Assembly (NCBI GenBank): GCA_029856045.1
Contig: JAHQWG010000050.1
Coordinates: forward strand, 29,471-93,470
Length of the DNA stretch: 64,000 nt
Reading direction: 5' to 3'
From: Promethearchaeia archaeon
GTDB lineage: Archaea > Asgardarchaeota > Lokiarchaeia > Sigyniarchaeales > SOKP01
This document shows positions 10,413 through 20,842 of this stretch, one piece after another (the first letter of the stretch is position 1; every line of letters starts with the position of its first letter). The notes beneath the pieces were generated by a model. The model was not told where the DNA came from. It worked only from the letters and a program-made list of their open reading frames with translations, and made no database searches. A program made the translations under genes and the position numbers.

Positions 10413-11357
10413 TTATCCTACTAATTCTGGGTAAAGTCTTTCGAAATATATATGGATATAACTAGGAGCAAAAATACCAGATTCAGTAATAATTCCATCA
10501 ATATATCTCCGACTAACTGTTTCAAAGGCAGGATTCATTACTTGTACGCCTTCTGGGGGATTCTCCCATATTTCATTAGGGGGTCTCATTTCAATCTTTT
10601 CTAATAATCCAAAAGAGGTTTCAGGATTATATTTCAGTAGCGGTGAAGCAACATAAAATGGTACATGTTCTTCATGTGCAACCAAAGCTAATAATCTTGA
10701 GCCGATTTTGTTTAAAACAGTTCCTTCTGAAGTAATTGAATCAGCCCCAATTAAAATTAAATCTACTTCAAAGTGATTAACTGCCCAGCGCATCGCGGAA
10801 TCAACTATATGAATTACTTCTATATTCTCTTCTAACAACTCTTTCGTCGTTTTTCTTCCCTGTAATTTCGGCTGAGTCTCTGTATTTATAACTTTAAATT
10901 CTTTTCCCTGTTTTTTAGCCTCAATTAGAATTGCAGAAACAATGGTACTGTGACAATGCGTCATTACAGTAAAACCTTCTGGATCTTCATATGGAATACG
11001 ATTGGCACCTATTTTTGCGATTTTCTCTTTTGAATTTAATAATTTCTTATGATATTCCTCTTTATATTGTTGAACTTTTAAAAGAACATCAGATAATGAA
11101 ATAGAATCTGCTTCAAGTTCAAGCTTTTTAAGAATATATTTCAATCCATTTTTCATTGCCGGTTCTGTAGGGCGAGTATCAATTAATACATCTTTTGCCT
11201 TATATAATTGTTCTAATATCTCTTTTTTATTCGTTGCTTTTATTCTTTGAGCAAAACTATTTAAAAAATCACAGGCACTCAAACATACATTAGTCGCACC
11301 TTGAATTTCTAAAGACCTAATTCTTTCTGCATCCTTTTTTAATTGTTCCATATCCAA
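10413..11357 (-). CDS. ribose-1,5-bisphosphate isomerase (eIF-2B alpha/beta/delta family)
   Basis: IQGA, TRPTEP, THCHS, GADSIT and NKIGS motifs; close to form III rbcL. Confidence 0.9.
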   Translation of the reverse strand: MDMEQLKKDAERIRSLEIQGATNVCLSACDFLNSFAQRIKATNKKEILEQLYKAKDVLIDTRPTEPAMKNGLKYILKKLELEADSISLSDVLLKVQQYKEEYHKKLLNSKEKIAKIGANRIPYEDPEGFTVMTHCHSTIVSAILIEAKKQGKEFKVINTETQPKLQGRKTTKELLEENIEVIHIVDSAMRWAVNHFEVDLILIGADSITSEGTVLNKIGSRLLALVAHEEHVPFYVASPLLKYNPETSFGLLEKIEMRPPNEIWENPPEGVQVMNPAFETVSRRYIDGIITESGIFAPSYIHIYFERLYPELVG

Positions 11358-11442
11358 TACACATTAAACTTTCAGATATTCAATAAATTAAAGATTAATA
11401 TATTTAATTATAGATTCACTATTAATTCCGATTACAAACAAG

Positions 11443-11628
11443 TTATTTCTTTTCTTTTTCTTCTTTTATTTTTTTTAATTCATCAATATCTACTTCAACA
11501 AAAAAGGAGCCACAATATCCGCATTCCTTACATTCGAATTTCTGAGGGGCTAACCAGCCAGATACATTAGTTAAAAGATGTAACTTGGCTGAGCGGCATT
11601 TAGGGCATAATCTCACAGTCTTTGGCAT
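11443..11628 (-). CDS. small Zn-ribbon protein
   Basis: CPKC...CKECGY; 61 aa; tightly packed with uvrC. Confidence 0.75.
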   Translation of the reverse strand: MPKTVRLCPKCRSAKLHLLTNVSGWLAPQKFECKECGYCGSFFVEVDIDELKKIKEEKEKK

Positions 11629-11646
11629 TTGATCACTTAATTTAAA

Positions 11647-13488
11647 TTAATTATTATTAGATAAAAAATCTTGGATTATAATGGCTAATTTTTCTCCCAC
11701 AACTTCTGAGATATCTTCAAGTTTTGCTCTTTTTATTCCATCTACACTTCCAAAAGTTTCTAATAATTTTGTTCTTTTAGCAGGGCCAATTCCGGGAATA
11801 TCATCTAAAATTGATCTTGAAACTCTTTTTTCTCTTAATTTTCTATGTAATTTTACTCCAAATCGGTGGGCTTCGTCTCTAACTCGTTGTAAAAGTTTGA
11901 GAGCCGCTGAATTATCTGACAATCTGATTGGTTCTTTTTTATTGGGGATATATATTTCTTCAAATTTTTTTGCTAATCCCAATATTGGAGTATTTCCTAT
12001 TCCTAAATCATTTAAAACAGATAAAGTTGCATTTAATTGACCTTTACCTCCATCTATTAGGATTAAATCGGGAAGTTCTAGATTTTTTTCAATTAAAGAG
12101 TTATAGCGACGATACACTACTTCTTTCATCATGCCTACATCATCAGGTGTAGATTTAGACAATATTTTGTAATGTCGATACCATTTTTTATTGGGTTTTC
12201 CATCAAGAAAAGATACTAAGGATCCTGTTGGATCAGTACCTTGAATATTTGAAATATCAAATCCTTCAATAATATGAGGTATATTAGGGAGATTTAGGAC
12301 TTCTTTCAGCTCATTAAGAGCTTGATTTATTTGATTAGGGCTCTCCAATTCCAGTTCTTGTTTTATTTTTTCTTGCTCAACAATAACTTTTGCATTTTTA
12401 TTAGCAATTTTTAAAAATCCTTCCTCGAAATGATCACTAGGAGTTTTAACTATAATTTTTTTCTTTAATTTTTCACTTAATAGATCTTTTAATACTTTAA
12501 CATCCTCGTGTATTTCACTTACAATTATTTCGTTGGGGACTTTTGTTGCTGGATGAAGATAATACTGTTTCATAAAGGCGGGTATAATTCCGTTCCTTTC
12601 AATAAGTTTACCTTTCAAATCGTATATAAATGGAATTTTTCCCGATATCTTTCCTTCTCTTATTAATAAAATCAAAACAGCCGAATATTCTTCATCCTTA
12701 TAATAACTAATAATATCTTGATTTTTTTTATTTCCAGAAATTATTGTATGTTTAATCGTCACACGAGTTAAATCACCTAATCTATCACGCCATATTGCAG
12801 CAGATTCAAAATTTTGCTCTTCTACCGCTTTTTCCATTTTATTTTTAAGAATTTTTGTTAATTTATCGGTTTCTCCTTTAAGAAACAATTCTACTTGTTT
12901 TATGTTTTGTAAATAATCTTCAGGTGTAATTTTACCAATACATGGACCGGGACATAATTTTATTTGATAATACATACAAGCCTTTTTTTGATTTTCCTTA
13001 ACTTTTCTCTTACAAGTACAAAATGGGATTGTTTTACGTATAAATCTCAGAATACGTCTTAATTCTTTTTTATCTGTATATGGTCCGATAAACAGATTTT
13101 TTTGATTATATTTGTGTGGACCTCTGATAACTCTAATTCTAGGATAATTTTCGGAATAGGTTATCATTAAAAAAGGATAAGTTGTATCATCACGAAATCT
13201 AACATTATATTTTGGAAGATGTTTCTTAATTTGAATATTCTCTAAGATAAATGCTTCCTTTTCATTCTCAGTTATTATATAGTCAATATCCGTAATGTTG
13301 CTAACTAAATCTTTAATTTTTTCTCCAAAATAGGGGTCTCTATAAGTTGATTTTTGAAAATATTGGGAGACTCTCTTATTTAAATCGATAGCTTTCCCTA
13401 CATAGAGTATATTTCCATTTTTATCTTTAAATAAATACACTCCTGGATTATGAGGAAGACTCTTTCTCTGAACTTCTAAATCTACCAT
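11647..13488 (-). CDS. uvrC: excinuclease ABC subunit C
   Basis: GIY-YIG (PGVYLF..YVGKA), UVR, RNase H-like (GFDISN, IDGGKGQ, RDEAHRF) and HhH domains. Confidence 0.97.
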   Translation of the reverse strand: MVDLEVQRKSLPHNPGVYLFKDKNGNILYVGKAIDLNKRVSQYFQKSTYRDPYFGEKIKDLVSNITDIDYIITENEKEAFILENIQIKKHLPKYNVRFRDDTTYPFLMITYSENYPRIRVIRGPHKYNQKNLFIGPYTDKKELRRILRFIRKTIPFCTCKRKVKENQKKACMYYQIKLCPGPCIGKITPEDYLQNIKQVELFLKGETDKLTKILKNKMEKAVEEQNFESAAIWRDRLGDLTRVTIKHTIISGNKKNQDIISYYKDEEYSAVLILLIREGKISGKIPFIYDLKGKLIERNGIIPAFMKQYYLHPATKVPNEIIVSEIHEDVKVLKDLLSEKLKKKIIVKTPSDHFEEGFLKIANKNAKVIVEQEKIKQELELESPNQINQALNELKEVLNLPNIPHIIEGFDISNIQGTDPTGSLVSFLDGKPNKKWYRHYKILSKSTPDDVGMMKEVVYRRYNSLIEKNLELPDLILIDGGKGQLNATLSVLNDLGIGNTPILGLAKKFEEIYIPNKKEPIRLSDNSAALKLLQRVRDEAHRFGVKLHRKLREKRVSRSILDDIPGIGPAKRTKLLETFGSVDGIKRAKLEDISEVVGEKLAIIIQDFLSNNN

Positions 13489-13695
13489 AAAGACTCAAGT
13501 GAATATAATTATACCTACTTTATTAATAAAGAGGGGTAAATATTTTTATTTACAATAAGAAAAGGATCTTTAATATTTATTATTGATAATACCAAAAATA
13601 ATAGTAATAAAAAAAATTTAAAATAAAAAAAATCAAAATTTAGGAAGTGATTAAAGATATTAGACGAATCAGAAGGATTTACCAATGAAGATATT

Positions 13696-14193
13696 ATGGA
13701 AGTTCTTAAGGGACAACAAGAAGTAGGGAATAAATATAAGACTCACTTCTTTGCTATGTTTTCCCAATTATTCTGCACTATTGCAGAGGAAATAATCAAT
13801 CAATTTGGAGATAAAGGTAGAGATGCGATAGGAGAAGCGGTAAAAAAGTATGGAGAAGAAAGGGGTAGAAGAGTAGGAGAACTCGTTAAATCTGTGGGAA
13901 AAGAGAAGAATTTAAAAAACTTTTTCATTTACAGTGATTTAGATATAAAAAACACGGCAAAATATAGACCAAAAATCATTGATGGAGATGTTATAATTGA
14001 ACTTAGGGATTGTGTTTTTTGTAATGGTTGCAAGGATTGGGATAAATTGGAATATGGAAAAATTTATTGCGAATATATTGATAAATCTACTTTAAAAGGA
14101 TATAATCCAAATCTTCGCATTGAAGTACCCGCTACTTTAACAAAGGGAGATAAAAAATGTATTCTAAGATATATTGTTAAAAAAAGTAGTTGA
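13696..14193 (+). CDS. L-2-amino-thiazoline-4-carboxylate hydrolase family protein
   Basis: GEAVKKYGEERG, CVF, YCEYID..GYNP, TLTKGDKKC pattern. Confidence 0.75.
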   Translation: MEVLKGQQEVGNKYKTHFFAMFSQLFCTIAEEIINQFGDKGRDAIGEAVKKYGEERGRRVGELVKSVGKEKNLKNFFIYSDLDIKNTAKYRPKIIDGDVIIELRDCVFCNGCKDWDKLEYGKIYCEYIDKSTLKGYNPNLRIEVPATLTKGDKKCILRYIVKKSS

Positions 14194-14233
14194 ATAATCT
14201 AATTTATGGGAAAAATTAAAGAGATGGTATAAT

Positions 14234-16057
14234 ATGGGAGAAGTAGAAAAATTTTTTGATAGAATTATAAGCACGGATTTATTAATTGTTGGAAGCGAAG
14301 GTGCAGGAGGTCACGCAGCAATAGAAGCACATAGTCATGGAACTGATGTTCTAATAGTAACAAAGGGGAAAATTGGACAATGTGGGGCTTCTCAGATGGC
14401 GGGAGTAGATTTTAATGTAGATGGGAAAACAGCTAAAATATTAGGTTTTGATGGCGATGATCGCGACAGTCCCGAGAGATTTTTTGAAGACCTTGTTAGA
14501 GAAGGATTATATCTAAATAATCAAAAAATGGTTGAAAAGTATGTTGAGTATGCTCCTAAAGCTATGAAGGATCTTATGGATTGGGGAATGCGTATCTACG
14601 GATATGACTCAGTCCACACGGAGGAAATGGCTCGTGGTATCACAAGTGCTGGTACTTTATGGGTCGCCGCTATCCGAAAAAAAGTGAAAGAATTAAAAAT
14701 TCCAATGCTGGAAGATACAATGCTTATAGACTTATTAGTAAGCGATGGGCGAATTGCTGGAGCAGTTGCCTTAAGCATTAAATCTGGAGAAACAGTCCTG
14801 ATTAAGTGCAAGGCAATCATATTAGCTACCGGAGGGTGGCATAGAGCATATTCATTTAACACGGGCTCATATGATCTGTCAGGTGATGGTATAGGGGTGG
14901 CTTACCGAGCCGGAGTAGAATTAATTTCGATGGAGATGGTACAATTCTGTCCTATAACAATGGTCTGGCCCCCGAAAGACCGAGGGAGTATAGCACTATA
15001 TGTCCTTAGCTGTATTGACCCTTTTGATAAATATATCCAACTTGTAAATAATAAGGGTGAAAGATTTATGGAAGAATATGATCCAATAAATTTGGAAAAA
15101 AGCACTAAAGAAATAGTATCAATTGCTTCGGAATTAGAGGTTGAAAATGGCCGTGGGGGGCCACATGGCGGTATCTTTCTTTCATTAAAACATTTACGGA
15201 CAAAATTTATTGATGCAATTATTAGAATCGCCAATAACCGTATTAAAAATGAACTTAAAGATACACGCTATGAATTTATAACTCTCATACCAGAATTGTT
15301 AGAAAAATGTAAAACTGAAGATATAGAGGTGGGAAATGCTGCCCATTATATGGGTGGTGGAATCAAGGTCAATGAAAATACAGAAACAACTATCCCCGGA
15401 TTATTTGCAGCAGGAGAATGCTCTGGCGGTCTGTGGGGGGCAGTAAGAGTTGCCTCTGCTTGTACTGAGGTTGGTGTTCAAGGAATAATTGCAGGTGGAG
15501 TTGCTCCAAAATACGTTAAAAAAGTAGAACAAGCTGAGATAAATAAGAATCAAGTCAAAGAGATTTTGGATAGAATAAATAAACCATTGATGAGAGATGA
15601 GGGAATTACACCAAATGAACTTACTAAAAAAATACATGAAATTTCTGGGCAAAAAGTTGGTTTAATCAAGGAAGGAATCCTATTAAAAGAAGCGATTGGA
15701 GAACTGGAGAAAATAATAAATAATGATCTTGAGAATCTCTGCATTACTTCTACTAAAAGCAAAGAATTGAATGATGAGTGGATTAAGGCTATTGAGTTAC
15801 GAAATATATTAACATGTTTATATTTATCAGCTAAATCTTCGCTAATTCGGGAGGAGAGTCGTGGTGAGTTTTATCGTAGAGATTATACAAATACTGATCA
15901 CGACAATTGGCTCAAAACAATTGTTATGAAACAAAAAAACGGTGAATTGGATATTAAATTTGAAAAACCTGTTGTAACAAAAATTTCTTTGCCAAAAGGA
16001 AAATTGACGTATCAAGAGGCTATAGGTGTGGCGACAGCCTCTTTAAAGAGAGAATAA
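14234..16057 (+). CDS. SdhA/FrdA/TfrA-family FAD-dependent oxidoreductase (divergent active site)
   Basis: N-terminal FAD fold, ILATGG, HYMGGG, GLFAAGEC and REESRG motifs. Confidence 0.88.
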   Translation: MGEVEKFFDRIISTDLLIVGSEGAGGHAAIEAHSHGTDVLIVTKGKIGQCGASQMAGVDFNVDGKTAKILGFDGDDRDSPERFFEDLVREGLYLNNQKMVEKYVEYAPKAMKDLMDWGMRIYGYDSVHTEEMARGITSAGTLWVAAIRKKVKELKIPMLEDTMLIDLLVSDGRIAGAVALSIKSGETVLIKCKAIILATGGWHRAYSFNTGSYDLSGDGIGVAYRAGVELISMEMVQFCPITMVWPPKDRGSIALYVLSCIDPFDKYIQLVNNKGERFMEEYDPINLEKSTKEIVSIASELEVENGRGGPHGGIFLSLKHLRTKFIDAIIRIANNRIKNELKDTRYEFITLIPELLEKCKTEDIEVGNAAHYMGGGIKVNENTETTIPGLFAAGECSGGLWGAVRVASACTEVGVQGIIAGGVAPKYVKKVEQAEINKNQVKEILDRINKPLMRDEGITPNELTKKIHEISGQKVGLIKEGILLKEAIGELEKIINNDLENLCITSTKSKELNDEWIKAIELRNILTCLYLSAKSSLIREESRGEFYRRDYTNTDHDNWLKTIVMKQKNGELDIKFEKPVVTKISLPKGKLTYQEAIGVATASLKRE

Positions 16058-16070
16058 ATGAGGGGATCAT

Positions 16071-16388
16071 ATGGAAGAGAAAAAAATAATAAAAGTAAAA
16101 TGTTTTAGATTTGATCCACACAAGGATGAGAAGCCTTACTATGATACTTTTGAAGTCCCAATAAGTGGAAAAATGAGTGTTCAAGACTGTCTGGTTTATA
16201 TAAGAGAGAATGAAGATCCAAGTTTAGCTTTTTTTATTAACTGTAGATTGGGGTTCTGCAAAAGATGTTTAATCCGTGTCAATGGGAAATCTTGTTTTAG
16301 TTGCTTAACAAATGTGGAAGAGGATATTACAGTTGAGCCGCTTATTAAAGATAAGATAATAAGAGACCTATGGAGTAAAAATTCCTAA
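16071..16388 (+). CDS. stand-alone SdhB/FrdB N-terminal 2Fe-2S domain protein
   Basis: FRFDP..PYYDTFEVP, CRLGFCKRC..NGK..SC. Confidence 0.85.
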   Translation: MEEKKIIKVKCFRFDPHKDEKPYYDTFEVPISGKMSVQDCLVYIRENEDPSLAFFINCRLGFCKRCLIRVNGKSCFSCLTNVEEDITVEPLIKDKIIRDLWSKNS

Positions 16389-16465
16389 ATTTACCCTTTT
16401 TTTTAACTTTTTAAATAAATTTAGTTAAATAAAAAAATAAAAATTTAAATTAATTCATTAGAACT

Positions 16466-17158
16466 ATGAAGAATATAGGACTTATTGGAGGCATGAGTTG
16501 GGAATCTTCTCTTGAATATTATAGAATAATTAACGAAATCGTAAAGCAAAAATTAGGAGGGTTTCATTCTGCCGAATGTATTATGTATTCAGTTGATTTC
16601 GATGAGATCGAAAAATTACAACACCAGGGAAAGTGGGAAGACCTTACAAAAATAATGATAGATTGCGCTCAAAGATTAGAAAAAGCAGGTGCAAATTTAG
16701 TTATTATTTGTACTAACACAATGCATAAGATGGCTGAAGATGTCGAAAGTAATATTACTATTCCTTTATTACATATCGCTGACGCAACAGCTGAGAGAAT
16801 CAAAGAAAAAGATTTTAAGAAGGTTGGACTTTTAGGAACCAAATTTACAATGAATGAAGATTTCTATAAGGGGAGGCTTATTGAAAAACATGGTATTGAA
16901 GTAATTATACCAAATTCTGAAGAGATGCAAATTGTCCATGATATAATTTATAACGAACTATGTTTGGGAGAAATAAAAGAAACATCTAAAGAGCAATATA
17001 AGAAAATTATAAAAAATCTTGCTAAAAAAGGGGCGGAAGGAGTTATATTAGGTTGTACAGAGATTCCCTTACTAATTAAGCAAGAAGATGTTGAAGTTCC
17101 ATTATTTGACACAACAAAAATTCATGCAGAATTTGCGGTTGATTACGCAATTAAGTAA
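16466..17158 (+). CDS. aspartate/glutamate racemase family (RacX/YgeA-like)
   Basis: IGLIGGMSWESS, CTNTMH and LGCTEI motifs. Confidence 0.93.
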   Translation: MKNIGLIGGMSWESSLEYYRIINEIVKQKLGGFHSAECIMYSVDFDEIEKLQHQGKWEDLTKIMIDCAQRLEKAGANLVIICTNTMHKMAEDVESNITIPLLHIADATAERIKEKDFKKVGLLGTKFTMNEDFYKGRLIEKHGIEVIIPNSEEMQIVHDIIYNELCLGEIKETSKEQYKKIIKNLAKKGAEGVILGCTEIPLLIKQEDVEVPLFDTTKIHAEFAVDYAIK

Positions 17159-17342
17159 AATGATTTTTTTAAAATGTTTATTTCAAAATCAATGTTAAAA
17201 AATACAATCAAAAAATTATTGGGATATCTTTATCTCTTAAATAATTGTATTATTGCAAAATAAAAAAATCATTTTCTTTTGAAAGTGATCAAGAACAGCC
17301 GTTAGAAATTTTTTTTATTTAATTAATCGTAAGAAATTAAAG

Positions 17343-18779
17343 TTATGAAATAGTTGAGGTTTTTTGAACAATTTGAGTAATAAATTGAACAAGTTTTTTA
17401 GCTAGATCTTCAGATTTCGCCTCACTTATTATTCTAATTACTGGTTCTGTATTTGATGGGTGTATTAAAACGAACCAATGGTCAGGATATAGTATTTTTA
17501 TATCATGACCTATTTCAGAAAAAACTTTACCTTGTGTTATTTTGTGATTTTTTAATTCGTGTTTTATTATTTCTAAATCTTTTCCATGAATGGATATATT
17601 CACACGTTTTGAATAAAACTTTGGTAACTTACTAATTAAATCTGAAATTATTTCACCAGATTTTACCAAAATTTCGATAATCTTTGCCGTAGCAAAAATA
17701 CCATCCCTGGCATTGTTAAATGATGGAAACATAACTCCCCCACAAGAGCCCTCCCCACCAAAAATAAAAGAGCCTTTACTAATATTCAATTCTGCTTTCT
17801 TCTCTTCTATTAAAAACATCTTCTCTGCGAGGTATCTTTCACCAATTGGAGTTCTTATTATTGAGCCATCATATTTTTTCACAATTGAATCAAACATTAA
17901 AGATGAAGCAACATTCGTGACAAATATTCCTTTTTTCTTTTCTTCTGATAACTCATTAAAAGTATGTTCAGTAATTAAGGCAAGACCTATATCTTCTTGA
18001 TACCATTGACCATCATTTCCAACGAGACCTAATCGATCTGCATCGCAATCATATGCGAAACCAACATCGAACTGTCCCTTTCTTACAGTTTCTATTAAAC
18101 TTTCAAGATTTGATTCAACTGGTTCTGGATTTCGGGGAAAATCATTTCCTTCTAATAATTCATTATTAATTACTTTTACTTCACAACCAAGTGATTCCAG
18201 TATTTTGGGAACAATAACTTTTGCCGCGCCTGCTCCTGTATCAACTACTACTTTTAATTTATTTTTCTCTTTTATTGAATCTGATTTTAAATACTTGAGT
18301 AAATCCCTTAGATAATCGTTAATGGGATCAATAACTTTTATTTGTGAAAGTGTATCCCAAGAGGCATATTTAATTTTATCAGAGTCAGATATTTCTGCAA
18401 TTTCTTCTAACTCTGCTTTACTAAGAAAGGTTTCTTGGGATAAAAATTTTAAAGCATTCCATTCTGGAGGATTATGGCTTCCAGAAATAATAATGCCACC
18501 AGGTACTTTTAATTTATTTTTTGTATAAATAATAACTGGAGCCGGACATATACCTAAATTAATTACCTTACACCCGACTGAAACCAGAGCTGAGATAACT
18601 GCAGATTCAAGCATCTCACCGGAAGTGCGAGTATCTCTTCCAATTATTACTTCATTCCCAAATTTATGAATCCACTGCCCAAAAGCAGAAACGATATTAA
18701 TAACAGCTGGAACAGTTAATCCTTCTCCGACTATTCCCCGGATACCACTGGGTGTGATTATTAAATTATCGTTCTTCAT
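17343..18779 (-). CDS. phosphohexomutase (PMM/GlmM family)
   Basis: SGIRG, GRDTR, SGSHNP, DCDADR and SNTEP motifs. Confidence 0.92.
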   Translation of the reverse strand: MKNDNLIITPSGIRGIVGEGLTVPAVINIVSAFGQWIHKFGNEVIIGRDTRTSGEMLESAVISALVSVGCKVINLGICPAPVIIYTKNKLKVPGGIIISGSHNPPEWNALKFLSQETFLSKAELEEIAEISDSDKIKYASWDTLSQIKVIDPINDYLRDLLKYLKSDSIKEKNKLKVVVDTGAGAAKVIVPKILESLGCEVKVINNELLEGNDFPRNPEPVESNLESLIETVRKGQFDVGFAYDCDADRLGLVGNDGQWYQEDIGLALITEHTFNELSEEKKKGIFVTNVASSLMFDSIVKKYDGSIIRTPIGERYLAEKMFLIEEKKAELNISKGSFIFGGEGSCGGVMFPSFNNARDGIFATAKIIEILVKSGEIISDLISKLPKFYSKRVNISIHGKDLEIIKHELKNHKITQGKVFSEIGHDIKILYPDHWFVLIHPSNTEPVIRIISEAKSEDLAKKLVQFITQIVQKTSTIS

Positions 18780-18826
18780 GGCAATATGAATTAAAAGATG
18801 AATGATAATATAACTTTTATTTAAAT

Positions 18827-19831
18827 TTAAGAAATAATTTTATGATTATCAGTCTTGTATTTAACTAAGGCCAAAGCCCCTCTTAAACCGACATCATCAC
18901 CTAATTTTGTAAGCTTTATTTCTGGTGGATTATTAATTGTAAAAATAATAGGATTTTCTTTAAATTGCTTTATTATTGGAGGAAGTATTTGCTCATGGTC
19001 TTTCATCATTGCACCACCCACATATATAGTCGAACAATCATAAAAATTATTAACTAAGCCAAAACCAACCTTCGCGTAGAAAACACAGTCATCTATAACT
19101 TTTTTTGAAAGCTTATCACCTTTCCGAGCTGCTTGAAATATTTCTTTAGCCGTAATTTTTGTAATATCATTATTTACTATTTCTAGTAGAATATCTATAT
19201 TTAATTTCCCTTCACTTATCGCTTCTAAAGCTCGATTTCTAACCCCAGTTCCCGAACTAAACACTTCCCAACATCCATAGGCCCCACAATTACATTGAAT
19301 TTTACTTCTTGGGGCAACCAATCCATGACCTACTTCAACCGCATTCCCTTCCTTTCCAAGTAGTAAATGTCCGTTGCAAATTACACCACCACCAATTCCA
19401 GTTGAGATTGTAATATAAACCAAATTATCTTTCTCATATTCTTCTGCTTCAAAATAATGAACACCCAAAACAGCGGCGTTGCAATCATTAATAAAATAAA
19501 TAGGAATCCCTGGAAATTTTTTTTCAATTGGCTTTTTTAAAGGGATTATTTTAAATCCCAAATTAGCGTTATTAAATATCTCACCTTTCTTTAAATCTAT
19601 GGGACCAGCAGAAGCCAGACCAATACCAATTATATACTCTTTTTCAATATTATTCTCAATTAATAATTGATTCAGTATCTCACAGACCAAAGTACTAATT
19701 GAATATGGGCTTTCTTTTCCAGTTCTGGCAATTTTATGCTTTATTTTTTCCTCCTTAAGATCATCTGCACAAATTCCAACCCTTATCCATGTGCCCCCAA
19801 TATCAACTCCAACGATATATCTTTCTTCCAT
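18827..19831 (-). CDS. ROK family sugar kinase
   Basis: GVDIGGT, NDCNAA, STGIGGG, EVGH and CNCGAYGCWE motifs. Confidence 0.92.
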   Translation of the reverse strand: MEERYIVGVDIGGTWIRVGICADDLKEEKIKHKIARTGKESPYSISTLVCEILNQLLIENNIEKEYIIGIGLASAGPIDLKKGEIFNNANLGFKIIPLKKPIEKKFPGIPIYFINDCNAAVLGVHYFEAEEYEKDNLVYITISTGIGGGVICNGHLLLGKEGNAVEVGHGLVAPRSKIQCNCGAYGCWEVFSSGTGVRNRALEAISEGKLNIDILLEIVNNDITKITAKEIFQAARKGDKLSKKVIDDCVFYAKVGFGLVNNFYDCSTIYVGGAMMKDHEQILPPIIKQFKENPIIFTINNPPEIKLTKLGDDVGLRGALALVKYKTDNHKIIS

Positions 19832-19890
19832 AATCTTATGAGCTAAAGGTGTTAATTAAATAATAAAGTACATTTTTGTTTAAAAAATTT

Positions 19891-20772
19891 TTATTTGATA
19901 AATCCGCTCAATTTTAAACCTTTTATTAACCATGAAATCATTAATTGCAATCCATGTATGTTCTCAATAGTAAATATTTTCGAATCTGGTATAAAAGTTT
20001 CCTGATATTTCGCTGTTACATATTCTGCCGATGGATTTTCATTATACCATTTAATGAACGCATCCTTTGTTTTAAAATGAATTTCTTCCATATTGTTGAA
20101 AATTTTATCCAAATCTTCATCTGTCCATACTCCAAAATGAGATAAAGAAATTGAATTTAAATTTTCTCTCATTTTTCTCAATTTTTCAATCGTTTTAATG
20201 AGTTCTACTTCATTGAAATCGGGCGGCATAAAATTTGGTATAATAGTGTCGTGATCCCATTTATGATGAATAGGTTCTCCTAGAAAAATATTTTTATTTT
20301 TCTTATCAAAAATAGCAATACAATCCAATGAATGTCCAAAAACATTTATAACTTCCAATTTTAAACCATTTAAATTAATTATTGCTCCTTCTTTTAATGG
20401 TATGACATTTTCTACTGGATTCACAGTCGCTTCATAGGGTTCATTCATCCTTTCTGGATTTTTCAAGTCTTCTATAGCGTTTTCTGAAGCTAAAACTTCA
20501 AAATCTCCCATTAATTTCTTTAACTTACCAACACCTTGTACATGATCCCAATGAGAATGGGTTAAGAGCAATTTATGAATTGGGAATAATCCAAATTCTT
20601 TTAATTTTTTTACAATTTTTCTAGCTGCTATTTCTGATGAAGTATCGATCATCATCCGCATTCCATTGTTCTCAATTACGTAGATAGCCATGACTCCAGT
20701 CATTCGAAATAACTGTCCATCTATAAGATAAGAATTTTCGTTAAATTTCCCTTCAGAATTTATAAAAACCAT
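19891..20772 (-). CDS. MBL-fold metallohydrolase
   Basis: THSHWDH and GHS motifs. Confidence 0.88.
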   Translation of the reverse strand: MVFINSEGKFNENSYLIDGQLFRMTGVMAIYVIENNGMRMMIDTSSEIAARKIVKKLKEFGLFPIHKLLLTHSHWDHVQGVGKLKKLMGDFEVLASENAIEDLKNPERMNEPYEATVNPVENVIPLKEGAIINLNGLKLEVINVFGHSLDCIAIFDKKNKNIFLGEPIHHKWDHDTIIPNFMPPDFNEVELIKTIEKLRKMRENLNSISLSHFGVWTDEDLDKIFNNMEEIHFKTKDAFIKWYNENPSAEYVTAKYQETFIPDSKIFTIENIHGLQLMISWLIKGLKLSGFIK

Positions 20773-20842
20773 ACTTAAATATGTATCAATATATTATATA
20801 ATGTCTTCCTTGTTGGGAGAATAAATCTTAAAGTATTATAAT

